This document shows positions 10,506 through 22,004 of a stretch of 45,100 nucleotides of DNA, piece after piece (the first letter of the stretch is position 1; each line of letters starts with the position of its first letter). The notes under the pieces are model-generated. The model was not told the DNA's origin. It saw only the letters and a program-made list of their open reading frames with translations, and made no database searches. Origin of the DNA: Octopus bimaculoides (taxonomy: Eukaryota); NCBI RefSeq assembly GCF_001194135.2, contig NC_068985.1, positions 123,678,645-123,723,744 of the forward strand. Direction: 5' to 3'. Position numbers and translations under genes: made by a program.

Positions 10506-10710
10506 TAATTCTTTCTACAAAAATTTTTTGGGTGGTGGAGGTGGGGGTGATCTAGTCGATTACATCGACCCCAGTGATCGACTGGTTCTTAGTTTAGCGA
10601 CTCTTAAATGATAAATGGCAAAGTCGAATTTGAACTTAGAATGTAAACCGGAAGAAATACCGCTAAGCATTTTATTCGGCATGCCAACGATTCTGCCAAC
10701 TTGCCACCTT
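10506..10710 (-). mobile_element. Dominant-family SINE, near full length
   Basis: Reverse complement of the 17866-18085 copy, including the head AAGGTGGCAAGTTGGCAGAATCGTTGGCATGCC. Confidence 0.85.
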
Positions 10711-11157
10711 CTTATAGTAATACAATGTTATTCTATTACGTTTATTCCAAACTGCAACGGAAAGCAAAACTGAACTCAGCCATATTTTAACACAGAACAT
10801 AAAAAACGACTCTAAATGCTGTAACACATTCATTCGGAAAAAAATCTCAGTGCGCATGACTGCTACATATTTTCTTAAATCTTAAAGAAATATAAGATCC
10901 TCATGATATTTGAACAGAGAACATGGAAGGACAAATATAACACACGCACACACATCTGTGTTCGTATGGATATGTTTATATATATATTCAATGTAAATTA
11001 TATATATATTCAATGTAAAGGCGTATTCTTTATGCAGCAGTACATACGAACTCCCAGCTATCTGCTCTCTAAGACCAATATTTTAATATTGAAGATATGT
11101 AGTTCTATTAAATGTAATCTAAGGATGCAGAGAATTCATGTATATAATATTGCTTTC

Positions 11158-11298
11158 AAATTTTGGCACAAAGCTAGTAAGTTCGGGGGAGGGGATAAGT
11201 CGATTACATCGACCCCAACCAATACTCGATTGGTACTTATTTTATCAACCGCATAAGGATGAAAGCCAAAGTTGACCTCGGCAGAGTTTGAAATTAGA
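11158..11298 (-). mobile_element. Dominant-family SINE fragment
   Basis: GTCGATTACATCGACCCC...GGATGAAAGCCAAAGTTGACCTCGGCAGAGTTTGAA. Confidence 0.85.
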
Positions 11299-11749
11299 TC
11301 TAAGTACATAATATTGATAAGATAAGCTGGTATGTATTTCGCCGAGTAAAGCGGAAGAAGACAATAAAAGTATCAGTATAATATGAGTTTAAATACAATA
11401 ACAATCGGGTTGAAGCAGAATGCTGCAGAAACATTCATAGCTGCTATGAAACTAATGTTATTCTAATATTAAACGTTTAATTCTCAATCGGAAACTAAAC
11501 CGGAAATAGTCAGCATTGCTGCTAAAAACAGCTTCCTCTATATAGATTACACCACGTGTGTTTGAAACGCTGTAAACAGCGAAAGCGTTTACATGTTACG
11601 AACACTTCTTTCCAAAATATTTGTATCCTGTTTTTTATTTAAGATCTTTCATAGAATTGATAATTTTTCTAGAAAATCTCTCTTCAAATGCATATGCACA
11701 TGTGTGTGTGTATGTATGTGTGTACGTTTATTTTCTGCAATGAGAACGC

Positions 11750-11860
11750 TGAGGGCAACTTTGACATTCCCCCTCCCTAGTTCGATAAAATAAGTATCAT
11801 CCAGTAATCGACTCCAACCACACCTAAAATTTGAAGTCTTTTGCTTATATAAGAAATCAA
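11750..11860 (+). mobile_element. Highly diverged dominant-family SINE fragment
   Basis: GAGGGCAACTTTGACATT...TTCGATAAAATAAGTA...TAATCGACT...AAAATTTG. Confidence 0.55.
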
Positions 11861-12267
11861 TATATTGAAAGTGCAAGCGACTGCTTCAATGTACGTTTCT
11901 ACGAAGTGATTAAACTATATTTTGCAAACATTTTTCATCTATCGATTTTATCATGGGACATTCAAATTAAATAAGAATATTATATTCTTTTATTTTCTAG
12001 AATTTATTATATTCAAGGCTGAATTTTACAGACACACACGCATGCGCACTCACGCATGCACATATATATTTTAAAGTCAATTAGGGCGAAGTTAGATGTG
12101 AACCAGCAGATGACATCAATCCTGCTCTACTTTAAAATATTTTTAAGGGTTTATATTGAGTGATGAATAAGTTGCGCTCCTTGCTATGTAGGCATTTTTA
12201 GAGGTAGTTACACATTGTAGTATTTCACTGCTAGATGAACAAATAAATAATTTTACATTTATATTGA

Positions 12268-12390
12268 TTTCAAATGTTAGCACAAGGCCAGCAATTTTAG
12301 GAGTGAGAATAAGTTGATTACATCGACCCAAGTGTTCAACGGGTATTTATTTCATCGACTCCTTCTCCAGCAGAAAGATGAAAGGCAAAA
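12268..12390 (-). mobile_element. Dominant-family SINE fragment
   Basis: CACAAGGCCAGCAATTTT...TTGATTACATCGACCC...GATGAAAGGCAAA. Confidence 0.75.
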
Positions 12391-13796
12391 TGATTTTACA
12401 TTTATATTAAGATCAAATATATTTGAAAAGAGCGTAAATATTCGATGGAAACATTACTTTAACAAGGTATTCTTTCCGCTTAAGTATAATCTCTTACATT
12501 AACAGCTTATTGATATCTAGGCGTAACACTTTCTGTATTGTAATAACAACACCAGTGTTCCCCATTATATTTTATTGTATCTCGTCAGTTTTAAAAACAC
12601 TTTTAGCCTTCTCTAAATCACTGCACTATACAGATTAGAAAATACAGGTTTTAAGCAAAGATTATGCTAGCCAAAATATATGAAGAAAGTAACCTGACCT
12701 TTGCAATCAAACCTCAGTGGATAGTTAACACGTATGAAAAGCTAACCAGGCAAGAATAAATCACCGTAATAGGGTTCCAGAAAATGAATAGCTGCTTATT
12801 ATGCGCTGTCTTCAGTCCAATGAATCGGGTCGGAAAAATTTGTTTAGAAGTATTAGCTCACTGGCCTTCTGACTACTGATCTTTCAGGTAGAGTCTTAAG
12901 AGAAGTCATGAAAAATCGGACGAATAAATTTTAACATTTTGATTTTCCGCTATAGATTAGCAACTCCACACCAACCCCTAGTATTTCTTCTTGTGCATTA
13001 TTGAACAAATTCAAGACATTTTTCGATGAGTGTCTGTACGAACATTCTATACGCATAAAGAACGGTTAGTGGATGTAAACAGAATTTTAAGCTTCGCTTT
13101 ATGTTTCAAATTGCTGTCATTCGTCGATTAACCTCACTCAGCCGGTTAATGGATCTTTCACTGTGGCACTATCAGTGCATCTTCCATCGTGGTTGTCTAA
13201 GCTACATTTCTGTATTGCAGGAATTACAGTTATTTAAGTACATTGCTATTTCCTATATGCCAACTACTCCTTCCTTCGATAAGCTGCAAACTTGCAACTG
13301 CTTCTATCGATAACGAAAAAAGCAAATGCTAAATAGTTGAATGACACACAAAAAGCCCTAGTTCAGTTCGTTATTTAATGATAATTTTTCAGTGTGTATT
13401 TATTGAAACTCGGAGAAGATAGAGTAACTCTTGATAAAAATAATTGTTTAGGTATATTTCTAGTTAAGTTGTAAAACTGAAATGGACCGATAGGTTATGT
13501 TAAGGAGTAGCAGGAAGTGTTAGTGAGAGGTTGTCGCGAAGTGGAGCGGTAGAGGATTAGTAACTTTACAACAGAAGTCGTTCAGATAGACACGTTCCTC
13601 TGTCTATGACACTGACCCCAACCCACACATAAGCATCTGCTCATTCGTGCTTAACTTATCCATACTATATATCTTTCTCCAACAGTCCTTTCACTCCTTC
13701 TTCCTCTTTAACTCTCTTACACACACATACACACACACACATACACACACACACACGCAACGAGTTGAAATCGATGCAGGCAATAACATTTTTTTC

Positions 13797-14020
13797 TTTT
13801 CTACTCTAGGTACAAGGCCCGAAATGTTTGGGGAAGGGCCAGTCGATGAGACCGACCCGAGTGCGCAACTGATACTTAATTCATCGACCCCGAAAGGATG
13901 AAGGGCAAAGTCGACCTCGGCGGAATTTGAACTCAGAATTTGAACGTAAAGACAGACGAAATACCACTAAGCACTTCGCCCTAAAATTTCGGGCCTTGTG
14001 CCTAGATTAGAAGCGAATAT
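13797..14020 (-). mobile_element. Dominant-family SINE (minus) fused at its head to a plus-strand tail fragment
   Basis: 13797-13980 is a minus-strand copy. 13981-14020 (CTAAAATTTCGGGCCTTGTGCCTAGATTAGAAG) is the same tail on the plus strand. Confidence 0.8.
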
Positions 14021-14597
14021 TATTGTTTGACGAAGCTTCGGATAAATTCGCCACGTAAATTTTATTATTGTGCTTGACCCGAGCAGAAAAAAAAAGTGCA
14101 AAAACAACGTATTGTAAATAAATATNNNNNNNNNNNNNNNNNNNNNNNNNNNNNNNNNNNNNNNNNNNNNNNNNNNNNNNNNNNNNNNNNNNNNNNNNNN
14201 NNNNNNNNNNNNNNNNNNNNNNNNNNNNNNNNNNNNNNNNNNNNNNNNNNNNNNNNNNNNNNNNNNNNNNNNNNNNNNNNNNNNNNNNNNNNNNNNNNNN
14301 NNNNNNNNNNNNNNNNNNNGGGGATGAGAAAACTTGGAATTTTTCGAGTGCTCTCCCCCGGCCCCCGTTCGCCAACGCGCATTTTTTTCATATTCGTTTA
14401 CTACATGTTGTTTTACACCTATTGCTGTTTGACTGGTTTTTCAAAATTACAATTGTTTATCAATTTTCTTTTGTCCCACTTAATTTCAAAATACTTGGTG
14501 CTAATCTCCGTTTTCAAGATTTTATTCCAGAAATATATGCTTTAAACATAAGAAATTGCGATTTACCCTCAAAATTTGCGTTGGGGGTTGCAGTTTG

Positions 14598-14766
14598 GAT
14601 TTAGGATTAGGGTTAGTATTAGGATTTAAGATTAGGACTAGGGTGTAGGTTTTAGGGATTAGATTAAGATTAGGGTTTACAGTTAGGGTGTAAGGTGAGG
14701 GCTAAGGGCTAGCATCTAAAGTTAGGGTTTGGTGTTTACTCTTGGCAATAGTTTCGGATTAGGGTT
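14598..14766 (+). repeat. Degenerate telomere-like (TTAGGG) tract
   Basis: Repeated TTAGGG/TTAGGA/TAAGGG/TTAAGA units over about 170 nt. Confidence 0.7.
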
Positions 14767-15040
14767 AAAATTACGTCCGTTTAAATTGGAACTGGAGGAT
14801 TCAAAAAATTTTAATTTCTTTATAATATTTTTGCAGAAATGAACTCACATATATTTAAAACCTTGATATCTAAAAAATAATCGTTAAAAATACTTAAGAA
14901 AAGTGTGCATGCTATACTCAGTTAGAAATTTAGCCGAGTGTTTTTCGAAAAGATTTACTATAAATTAAATAAATTACTTTCCAACGTTACCATTAAATCC
15001 CCGAGTTTTCAACTCGAGCAAGAAGAGGTATTTCAGCTAG

Positions 15041-15114
<74 letters not shown>

Positions 15115-15119
<5 letters not shown>

Positions 15120-15290
15120 CGTGTTTGTGTTTGTTCCCTCACCATCGGTTGACAACCGGTGTTGATCAGTCTACATCCACGTAACTTAGCGATTCGGAAA
15201 GGGAGAAAGATAGAATAAGTACCAGACCTAAAAATAAGCTCTGGGGTCGATTTACTCAGTCTAATGAATGAAACAAGTAAAAGATAAAAA
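15115..15290 (+). mobile_element. 3' half of CORE/OR-like SINE following (TG)n
   Basis: CACCATCGGTTGACAACCGGTGTTG...GTAACTTAGCGATTCGG...CTGGGGTCGATT...GAAACAAGTAAAAGATAAAA. Confidence 0.75.
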
Positions 15291-15308
15291 CAATATACAT
15301 ATATGTTT

Positions 15309-15367
<59 letters not shown>

Positions 15368-15442
15368 TATATACATATTCCTGATTCTTTGTTTCTATCT
15401 CATTTTCTTTCCATTTCTCCTCTCTTTTGGACTTTGTTCTGC

Positions 15443-15478
15443 ATATCCGACGAAGAACCATGTCTGAAAGGTCATACT
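15443..15478 (+). ncRNA. Possible second, more decayed hammerhead-like relic
   Basis: ATAT-CCGACGA-AGAACCATGTCT-GAAA-G-GTC-ATAC: a CUGANGA variant and GAAA at hammerhead spacing, but the stems are poor. Confidence 0.25.
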
Positions 15479-15818
15479 TTTACACTTATCGAGCGACAAA
15501 TTTATAATATTCACCGTGAACGTCCCTTGAACATTAGTTTTGCATTTGAATTCGTCGTTCGTTATTGATTTACCTTTGCACACACACACACGCACACACG
15601 CACACACGCACACACACGCACACGTACATTGCTTGCGTTTTGTTATCTCACCTGAACAGTGTATGATTCCCCGAGAAAGCTGATTCAGACCGACACATCT
15701 GTGTTGCTTTCCTCTGCTGGATTTAAAGACCTTAAACATTCCAGTCCGTACCATCTATACTTGTTAAAAAAAAAAACATCGATCAACCAATGCCCCAAGT
15801 TCTTGCATTGTGTGTGTA

Positions 15819-15850
<32 letters not shown>

Positions 15851-16699
15851 TGTGTACGTGTGTGTGTGTGTGTGTGTGTAGATATGAGAGACTTTATTGT
15901 ATGTCGATTTAAGACATATAATACTTCTTTGAGGTATTTCTCTCGGGCATACTGTATATACGTATTATAGGCAAGCTGTTTTTCACATATACGCACAGAC
16001 ATCGCACACGCACACACATTGCACATGCACACACATCGCTCAGGCGCACACGCATGTATACACACGTGCACAAGAATATATTTATTGAAAGCTAAACATT
16101 CACAAATCGCTACACAACTATCTCGCTTCCATCTTCGGACCGAAGTGAGACATTCAAATTATCTGGGCTTGACTAGACGTGGAATAAAGAAAACCCCGAT
16201 AGACGTTTTTACTTTCATCAGTTACAGCAGTAAATGGCTTTCGAGTGCAATTCAGATCGTGTACCTTATCAAGAAATATATAAACTGGAAAGTGGCTCTC
16301 TTGAAGTTAAATTGCGCAGTGAAGTATACTGAGCTAAGGTGCACCTAAGCAACAATTAAAGAGTGAAATCTCACATAAAATTGGCTGAATATAGCTTCAC
16401 ATGTTGAATTTATCAGCACAGCTTCTCCTTTGTTCACCGTAAAAAGAAGTTTTCAACTGCTTTGTCGAAATATATTTAGCATGTGAGAGAGATAAGCTGG
16501 CATCACTCCGTATAATTTGATCAGTTTTGGATTCAGCACATTTGTTTCGCTTCGAGGAATTCCGTTTTGCTCACATTGACTTAAGTTTGTCACGGCTTGA
16601 GATTACGATCGGTGTTTTTATCTTCTAGTGCTTTATTCTAAATCATATTGAGTTCTAAAAACTAGTTATTAGTATAGTTATACCAAAGAGAAATAATTT

Positions 16700-16908
16700 G
16701 TACACACACACGCACGCACGCACGCACGCACGCACGCTAGCACGCACGCACGCACGTACGCACGCACGCACGCACGCACGCATGCACGCACGCACGCACG
16801 CACGCAGACATAGACACAGACATACAGACAGGCACAACACACACAGACATACACACACACAGACACGCACATACACAGACACACAGAGACACACTCAGAC
16901 ACACACAC

Positions 16909-16950
<42 letters not shown>
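16700..16950. repeat. (GCAC)n plus (CA)n/(CAGA)n compound microsatellite
   Basis: Direct reading. Confidence 0.95.
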
Positions 16951-16952
<2 letters not shown>

Positions 16953-17211
16953 AAATGAAACTTTTGTTAACAATTTCACAATTTCATTGTATGAATATTT
17001 TAATTCAATAATTGTAATTCACCAATATCTTTGCTCGCGTATTCGAAACTTTCGGCAAATATTTCCACAGGAAAGCTCTTTTGTAACAATCATATATTAA
17101 AACGTCTTTTCGTGAATACGAATTTTAATATGTTTTGTTTATAATTTATTTAAACGCATAAATTCAATACGTTTTAGCAACCCATATGGTTTTTTCAGGT
17201 ATAAACGCATT

Positions 17212-17383
17212 CTCTCGTCTTTAAGTCTTAAGTTCAAATTCAGCCGCGATGGACTTTGCCTTTCATCCATTCGGGGTCGATAAAATAACCAATTGAAGAC
17301 TGGGGTCAATATAATCGACTAGCTTCCTACCACCAAATTTTAGGCATAAGGCCTATAGTAGAAAGTATTATTATTATTATTAT
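17212..17383 (+). mobile_element. Dominant-family SINE with (TTA)n tail
   Basis: AAGTTCAAATTCAGCCGCGATGGACTTTGCCTTTCATCC...CCTATAGTAGAAAG(TAT)n. Confidence 0.85.
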
Positions 17384-17850
17384 CTGGTGGCTGTAGCGAA
17401 AGAAATAGTATGGTGGACTCGTCTGAAAGGGCTAAAGTCAGGCACTTTCCTCTCTGGCCAAGGCCTCATCAACTTCTTCAAGTTTAACTTGAAGAAGAAA
17501 GTGAGGGTGGAGAGGGAAGTGTTGCCTTCTAGCAAGCTTGTTGAAAGGTGGGTGAATGCTGGAAGAATGGCCAGTGTGAAAGGACCAATTCTGAGCGTAC
17601 ACCCGTGAGGTAATAAAAGGAGAAGGGCTCTTGCCTTGTTGATTAGGCACCCGTGGCTTTTGTGGGATTTTCCGCGAGGACCTTTAAAGTGCTTTCCCTT
17701 TTGGGAGATTTATTTTGTTCAATTTTTTATCGTTATATATATATTGTTTGCACGATGAAAACCCCTTGACTCGTCTTGTGTTGTCTTTTATGTTGTGTCA
17801 TGTCATTTCATGTTGTTTTATGTAAGCCCTTGTGGCTAATAAAAGAATGA
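17384..17850 (+). mobile_element. 3' end of a Tx1/L1-like LINE (ORF2 C-terminus and 3' UTR)
   Basis: Open frame VAVAKEIVWWTRLKGLKSGTFLSGQGLINFFKFNLKKKVRVEREVL...VERWV resembles recalled Tx1-type ORF2 C-termini. The pyrimidine-rich UTR ends GCCCTTGTGGCTAATAAAAGAA. Confidence 0.65.
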
Positions 17851-17865
17851 ATTAATATTATTACG

Positions 17866-18085
17866 AAGGTAATGAGCTGGCAGAATCATTAGCATGCCGG
17901 ACAACATGCTTAGCGACATTTCGGCCGTCTCTGCGTTTTGAGTTTAGATTCCCCCGACGTCAACTTTGCCTTTCATCCCTTCAGAGTCAATAAAATAAAG
18001 CACCAGTTGAGCCCTGGGTCGATGTAATTGACAAGCCCCCACCCGCAAAATTTCAGACTCGAGTCTAGAGAAGAAGGGAGTATTA
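17866..18085 (+). mobile_element. Dominant-family SINE, full length
   Basis: Head AAGGTAATGAGCTGGCAGAATCATTAGC (A box), B-box-like GAGTTTAGATTCC, central domain and tail are all present. Confidence 0.85.
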
Positions 18086-19014
18086 TTGTTGTAGCAATTA
18101 ATATTTTTTTTTGTTGTAGTGCCAGCAACGCGTCGCTTCGAATCGCTTGTAAGTTTCGCTTTATTTTGACAGTCTTTCAAGGATATATATGTTCAAAATA
18201 TTTGTTCTGTGACTTACATAATCTCCCAAAGGTTGTGAGGCGCTCCAATACTCCTATATGTTTCGCCCTTCAGAATTTCTGGTTAATTCTCTGAAAAGTA
18301 CTCATTAAAAAAAAAAAACTCTACGGAAAGCAAAGAGAGTGAGATTAGAGACTCGAAGAGCTGTCTTAACTCTGCCGTCTCCATATCAAAGTAAGGCACC
18401 ACCATTACCACCGTCACCACTAGTACTGACCGAAACAACAACAACAACAGCAGCAATGAAAATGATAAAAACAACAAAAAAAATGAAAATGAGAAACAGA
18501 AAAACGAAAATTTAAGTGATCGCTTCAGTACGCATACGCACCCCATCACCACCACCGCCTCATTAACACCAATACATAAAAAAAGTAATCAAGACACTGC
18601 AATTAACAAATCTAACATTCGTGAGTCCACCAACGCCGTACGCCAGATGCAAGAAATTTCTTTCGTCCCTTCAGGATTAAAAAAAAAAATGTTAAGAACA
18701 TCATTGCGAAGAGTTCAAACAAAGCATTAAATATACCAAAATCCATCTGGCAAGATAGCAACCTCAAAACTTATTTACATGTGCACAGGAATAAAAAGTC
18801 GGAAAATAGAGCAAGCGGCACTGAAGTAAATAGAAAAAATGCTTCTGACCAATGTGTAGCACCAAAATGTACGTCACTAAGGTGAGTGGGATATGGCACG
18901 GTAGAGGCGAAATTTCCGAAAGAGGATGAGGCCAGGAAGCATATGTGTGTGTATGTGTGTATGTGTGTGTGTGCGTGTGTGTACGTATATGTGTATGCAT
19001 TCGTATATGTGTAT

Positions 19015-19197
19015 GCGGTATTTCGTCTGCCGCTACGTTCTGAGTTCAAATTCCGCCGAGGTCGACTTTGCCTTTCGGGGTCGATTAAATAAGTACCAGT
19101 TACGCACTGGGGTCGATATAATCGACTTAATCCGTGTTTGTCTGTCCTTGTTTGTCCCCTCTGTGTGTAGCCCCTTGTGGGTAGTAAAGAAATAACA
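19015..19197 (+). mobile_element. Dominant-family SINE with an alternative 3' tail
   Basis: Same head and centre as 10312-10462, but the tail is AATCCGTGTTTGTCTGTCCTTGTTTGTCCCCTCTGTGTGTAGCCCCTTGTGGGTAGTAAAGAAATA. Confidence 0.9.
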
Positions 19198-21115
19198 CAT
19201 ACACACATACGTACATACATAGACATATTACATATTTCACAACTTATAAAATTGAACTCGATCAGTTGGCGATGTTTGAAAAATAGGAGGAAGGGTGAGC
19301 AGGGTTGGTGTGAGGTAAATGTAGCCAAGTAAGAAATTAACATGAAGTGGTAGAGGGTTAGTGATTTTTACAACAGTTATTCAGATAAACGCGTTTTCTG
19401 TCCATAAATTACACGCTACCAACTTGGAAAATGAGAGGACATATTGGATAAGAAGTAAAAAGACAATTGCTCATAGATGTACTCGATCATGTTTATTTTG
19501 TAGCCAGACAACAATAGCATGTGCACACATTCATTTATTGATGACAGCACTCACTCTTAACACAAATATGTACAAATCATCTACAATTCTGTGAAAGTCG
19601 GCATACTCACAAACGCACACATATTTACGATTATGTCAAACGCTTCCAATTTTCTTTTCCCGCCTCCCTCTCCCTGTCTTTCACTCACTCACTCACTCAC
19701 TCACTCGCTCGCTCACTCAATCTCTCCCCCTCTCTCTGTATCTCTCCCTACCTTTCATATTCCTTTATATTTTCCTATTTGCGACCCATTCTCTCATTTA
19801 TTTTCTCCCCTTACCTTCTTTGACTTTCATATCACTCTGCTTCTCCTGTCTTCCCTCTTCCCACTCCTTCTCTCCCTCTCTCACACTTATACACAGATAT
19901 TAGACAAACGATGTTCAAACCGAATTCATTGGGAAACAACAAAAGTATTTCTTTTTCCAGTTGTAAGCAAAAGATAACTTTGCACAGAAGGAACACTAAT
20001 TGCTTTGAATCCTATCACTTTTGCTTGATGACATTATTAATCCCCATACTCTTCACAAAGGTGTCTAAAGTCAACATTGAAAGTGAAGTATCTTATTAAA
20101 TTCATTGAAAAATGTTAATTTTTTTTTCTTTATTTTTTTTTTATAAAATTGTACTTAGCGAGTCATGTATCTCGAAGCTAGGAAGACAGCTTTCTAAAGA
20201 GGAAATTGGTATTGTTTTGATTCTTATCAGTATTTGGTTTTGACATTATCAATCATCGTTCTCTTCGCGAAGAAGCCATCTAAAGTTTAAATTGAAGGCA
20301 AAGTATCTAATTAAATTCATTGAAAAATATTGAACAAAATCAAATTAACTATCTCTTTTAAAAAGTCGGGGGTTAGGGTTAACTGCATGTTTAGAATTGT
20401 GTCAATCTTGCTCAATAACAGTACAAGTTACCGAACTCTTTGAGAAGCCGTACAGCACATACGCATTATTTGGAGGCATGTTCATTCTTTTATTCTTAAC
20501 AGTACAATAGAGGAATATCAAACATACATCAGTAGGGACGGAACATAGCGGTAATATATATTTGCTGTCATTAGTGAATTGTGCAATGTAGCGGTTTAGT
20601 ATCTCAAAAATAACGTTGAAATAATTCTTTCTCAGATCATACGTGGTCAAACGCTTATGAAAAGGAACATACCTGTATCATATAGCGGTCTAAGTGATAA
20701 TGACCACTACGATGCTCTCTTTCCTATAAACAATAAGGAGTATGAAGAGGAATGCAGAGGGAAGGAAAACAACACACGTCAGTAAAAAAGAAAAAAAAAG
20801 AGAATTTAAAGAATATCAGCGCATAAGGGTAAGATAATGTTAGAAGAAAATGAAAAAGATAGAAAATAAAGTTACAAAAGTGAAGGAATATGAAAGGTGG
20901 ACAAGCGAACAAGGAAGTGAAAAAATAGAGAAGAAAGACAGCAGAGAAAGGAAATTTTTGAAATAAAAAAGTACTAGAAAATAAGAAAGACGAAAAAAAA
21001 AAAAGATTGGAAAAAGGAAAGAGAATGACAGAATAAATGACGGACAAGAGAATGTAAAAGACTGAAAAGTAGGATTTAAAAAGGAAAAACATTTGCAGAC
21101 AGACATATGAACAAA

Positions 21116-21736
21116 TGCAATGGAAGAATGATCCAGCGGGAGTCAGATGACACGTCCGTACAGATAGTTATGAGGTGGGCGAGGAGCTGATGCGTGCGCG
21201 CGCGCAGTTCTTTGTTAAAAGCGTAATGGTGCTATCTGATGTTCTCGATGGTTCTCAGGACTCTGCTATCGAAGCCGTTGATCTTCTTCGCCAGAGTCTT
21301 TGAGAGGGGCCACGTTTCCGTTCCATAGAAGAGATTGGAGAGGACCGATGCGTTGTAGATGCGGAACTTCGTCTTCCGGGAGATAGAGCAGTAGCACCAG
21401 TGGGGATTCTACAGGGAGTACATGATCCGTGCGATTGATCTCCAGGGTCAGGTCTCCATTGTTGGTTTACTCTCATTCGACGCAGCAGCCGCCAGTTGAA
21501 AGGGTCTTCGTGGCGGGCCCAGCACCAGATGGCTGGGCGTGATTGTGGAAGATCTCCAGAGGCTCAACGTCACCTTGTAAGATGCAGAGGAGCTGGCACA
21601 GAACCGCCAGCGATGTAGAGCACTGGTACACTTGGTCGGCTCTACGCATGATGACGCATCTGGGATCACTAATTTGGAATGGCTCCAACTCCATAATGCA
21701 AGAGCATGAAGCCAAGCCAATCCTAGACTGCAATGG
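21116..21736 (+). mobile_element. RTE LINE 3' fragment with inverted 5' part
   Basis: About 21124-21468 reads on the minus strand (RKTKFRIYNASVLSNLFYGTETWPLSKTLAKKINGFDSRVLR...NKELRARTHQ). About 21472-21720 reads on the plus strand (RGGPSTRWLGVIVEDLQRLNVTL*DAEELAQNRQRCRALVHLVG), with a GCCAA-repeat tail. Confidence 0.85.
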
Positions 21737-22004
21737 CTGTGTATGGCGTTTAATTATGATCCAAATCATGATTATGCATCTGAAAAATTTGTATTTCTGG
21801 GTTCTATATGTAAAACATGAGAAAAGTGTGATGCTAGAAAGTGGAATAAGGGATCATGTGGTAGGTATTGTTTTAATGGTAATGTCCATTTACCTATAAC
21901 TGAGTTGCCAGAACTTATAAGGAGTCTTCATTTGGGTACCACTTCAAAATAAAAACACCGTCTTAAAAAAAAAACAAAAAAAAACAATCGAGCATACAAT
22001 CATG

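Noticed and set aside
16235-16333. Protein-like short ORF MAFECNSDRVPYQEIYKLESGSLEVKLRSEVY
   Set aside because: Only 32 codons, no recognisable family and a weak donor.
18283-18555. Hydrophobic minus-strand ORF as a possible second TM exon
   Set aside because: The hydrophobicity comes from antisense A-rich and (CAA)n repeats, and the phase-compatible frame stops after 13 codons.
3327-19343. Many ORFs rich in HT/YI/CV/RE/poly-I/poly-L/poly-N
   Set aside because: These are translations of di-, tri- and tetranucleotide microsatellites.
20055-20332. Imperfect ~60-bp direct repeat (20055-20118 and 20273-20332)
   Set aside because: Real but diverged, and I could not assign it to an element or function.
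20720-21100. Long purine-rich tract and Phe-rich antisense ORFs (similar at 43100-43560; pyrimidine-rich at 19650-19890)
   Set aside because: Low-complexity composition without periodicity or coding signal.
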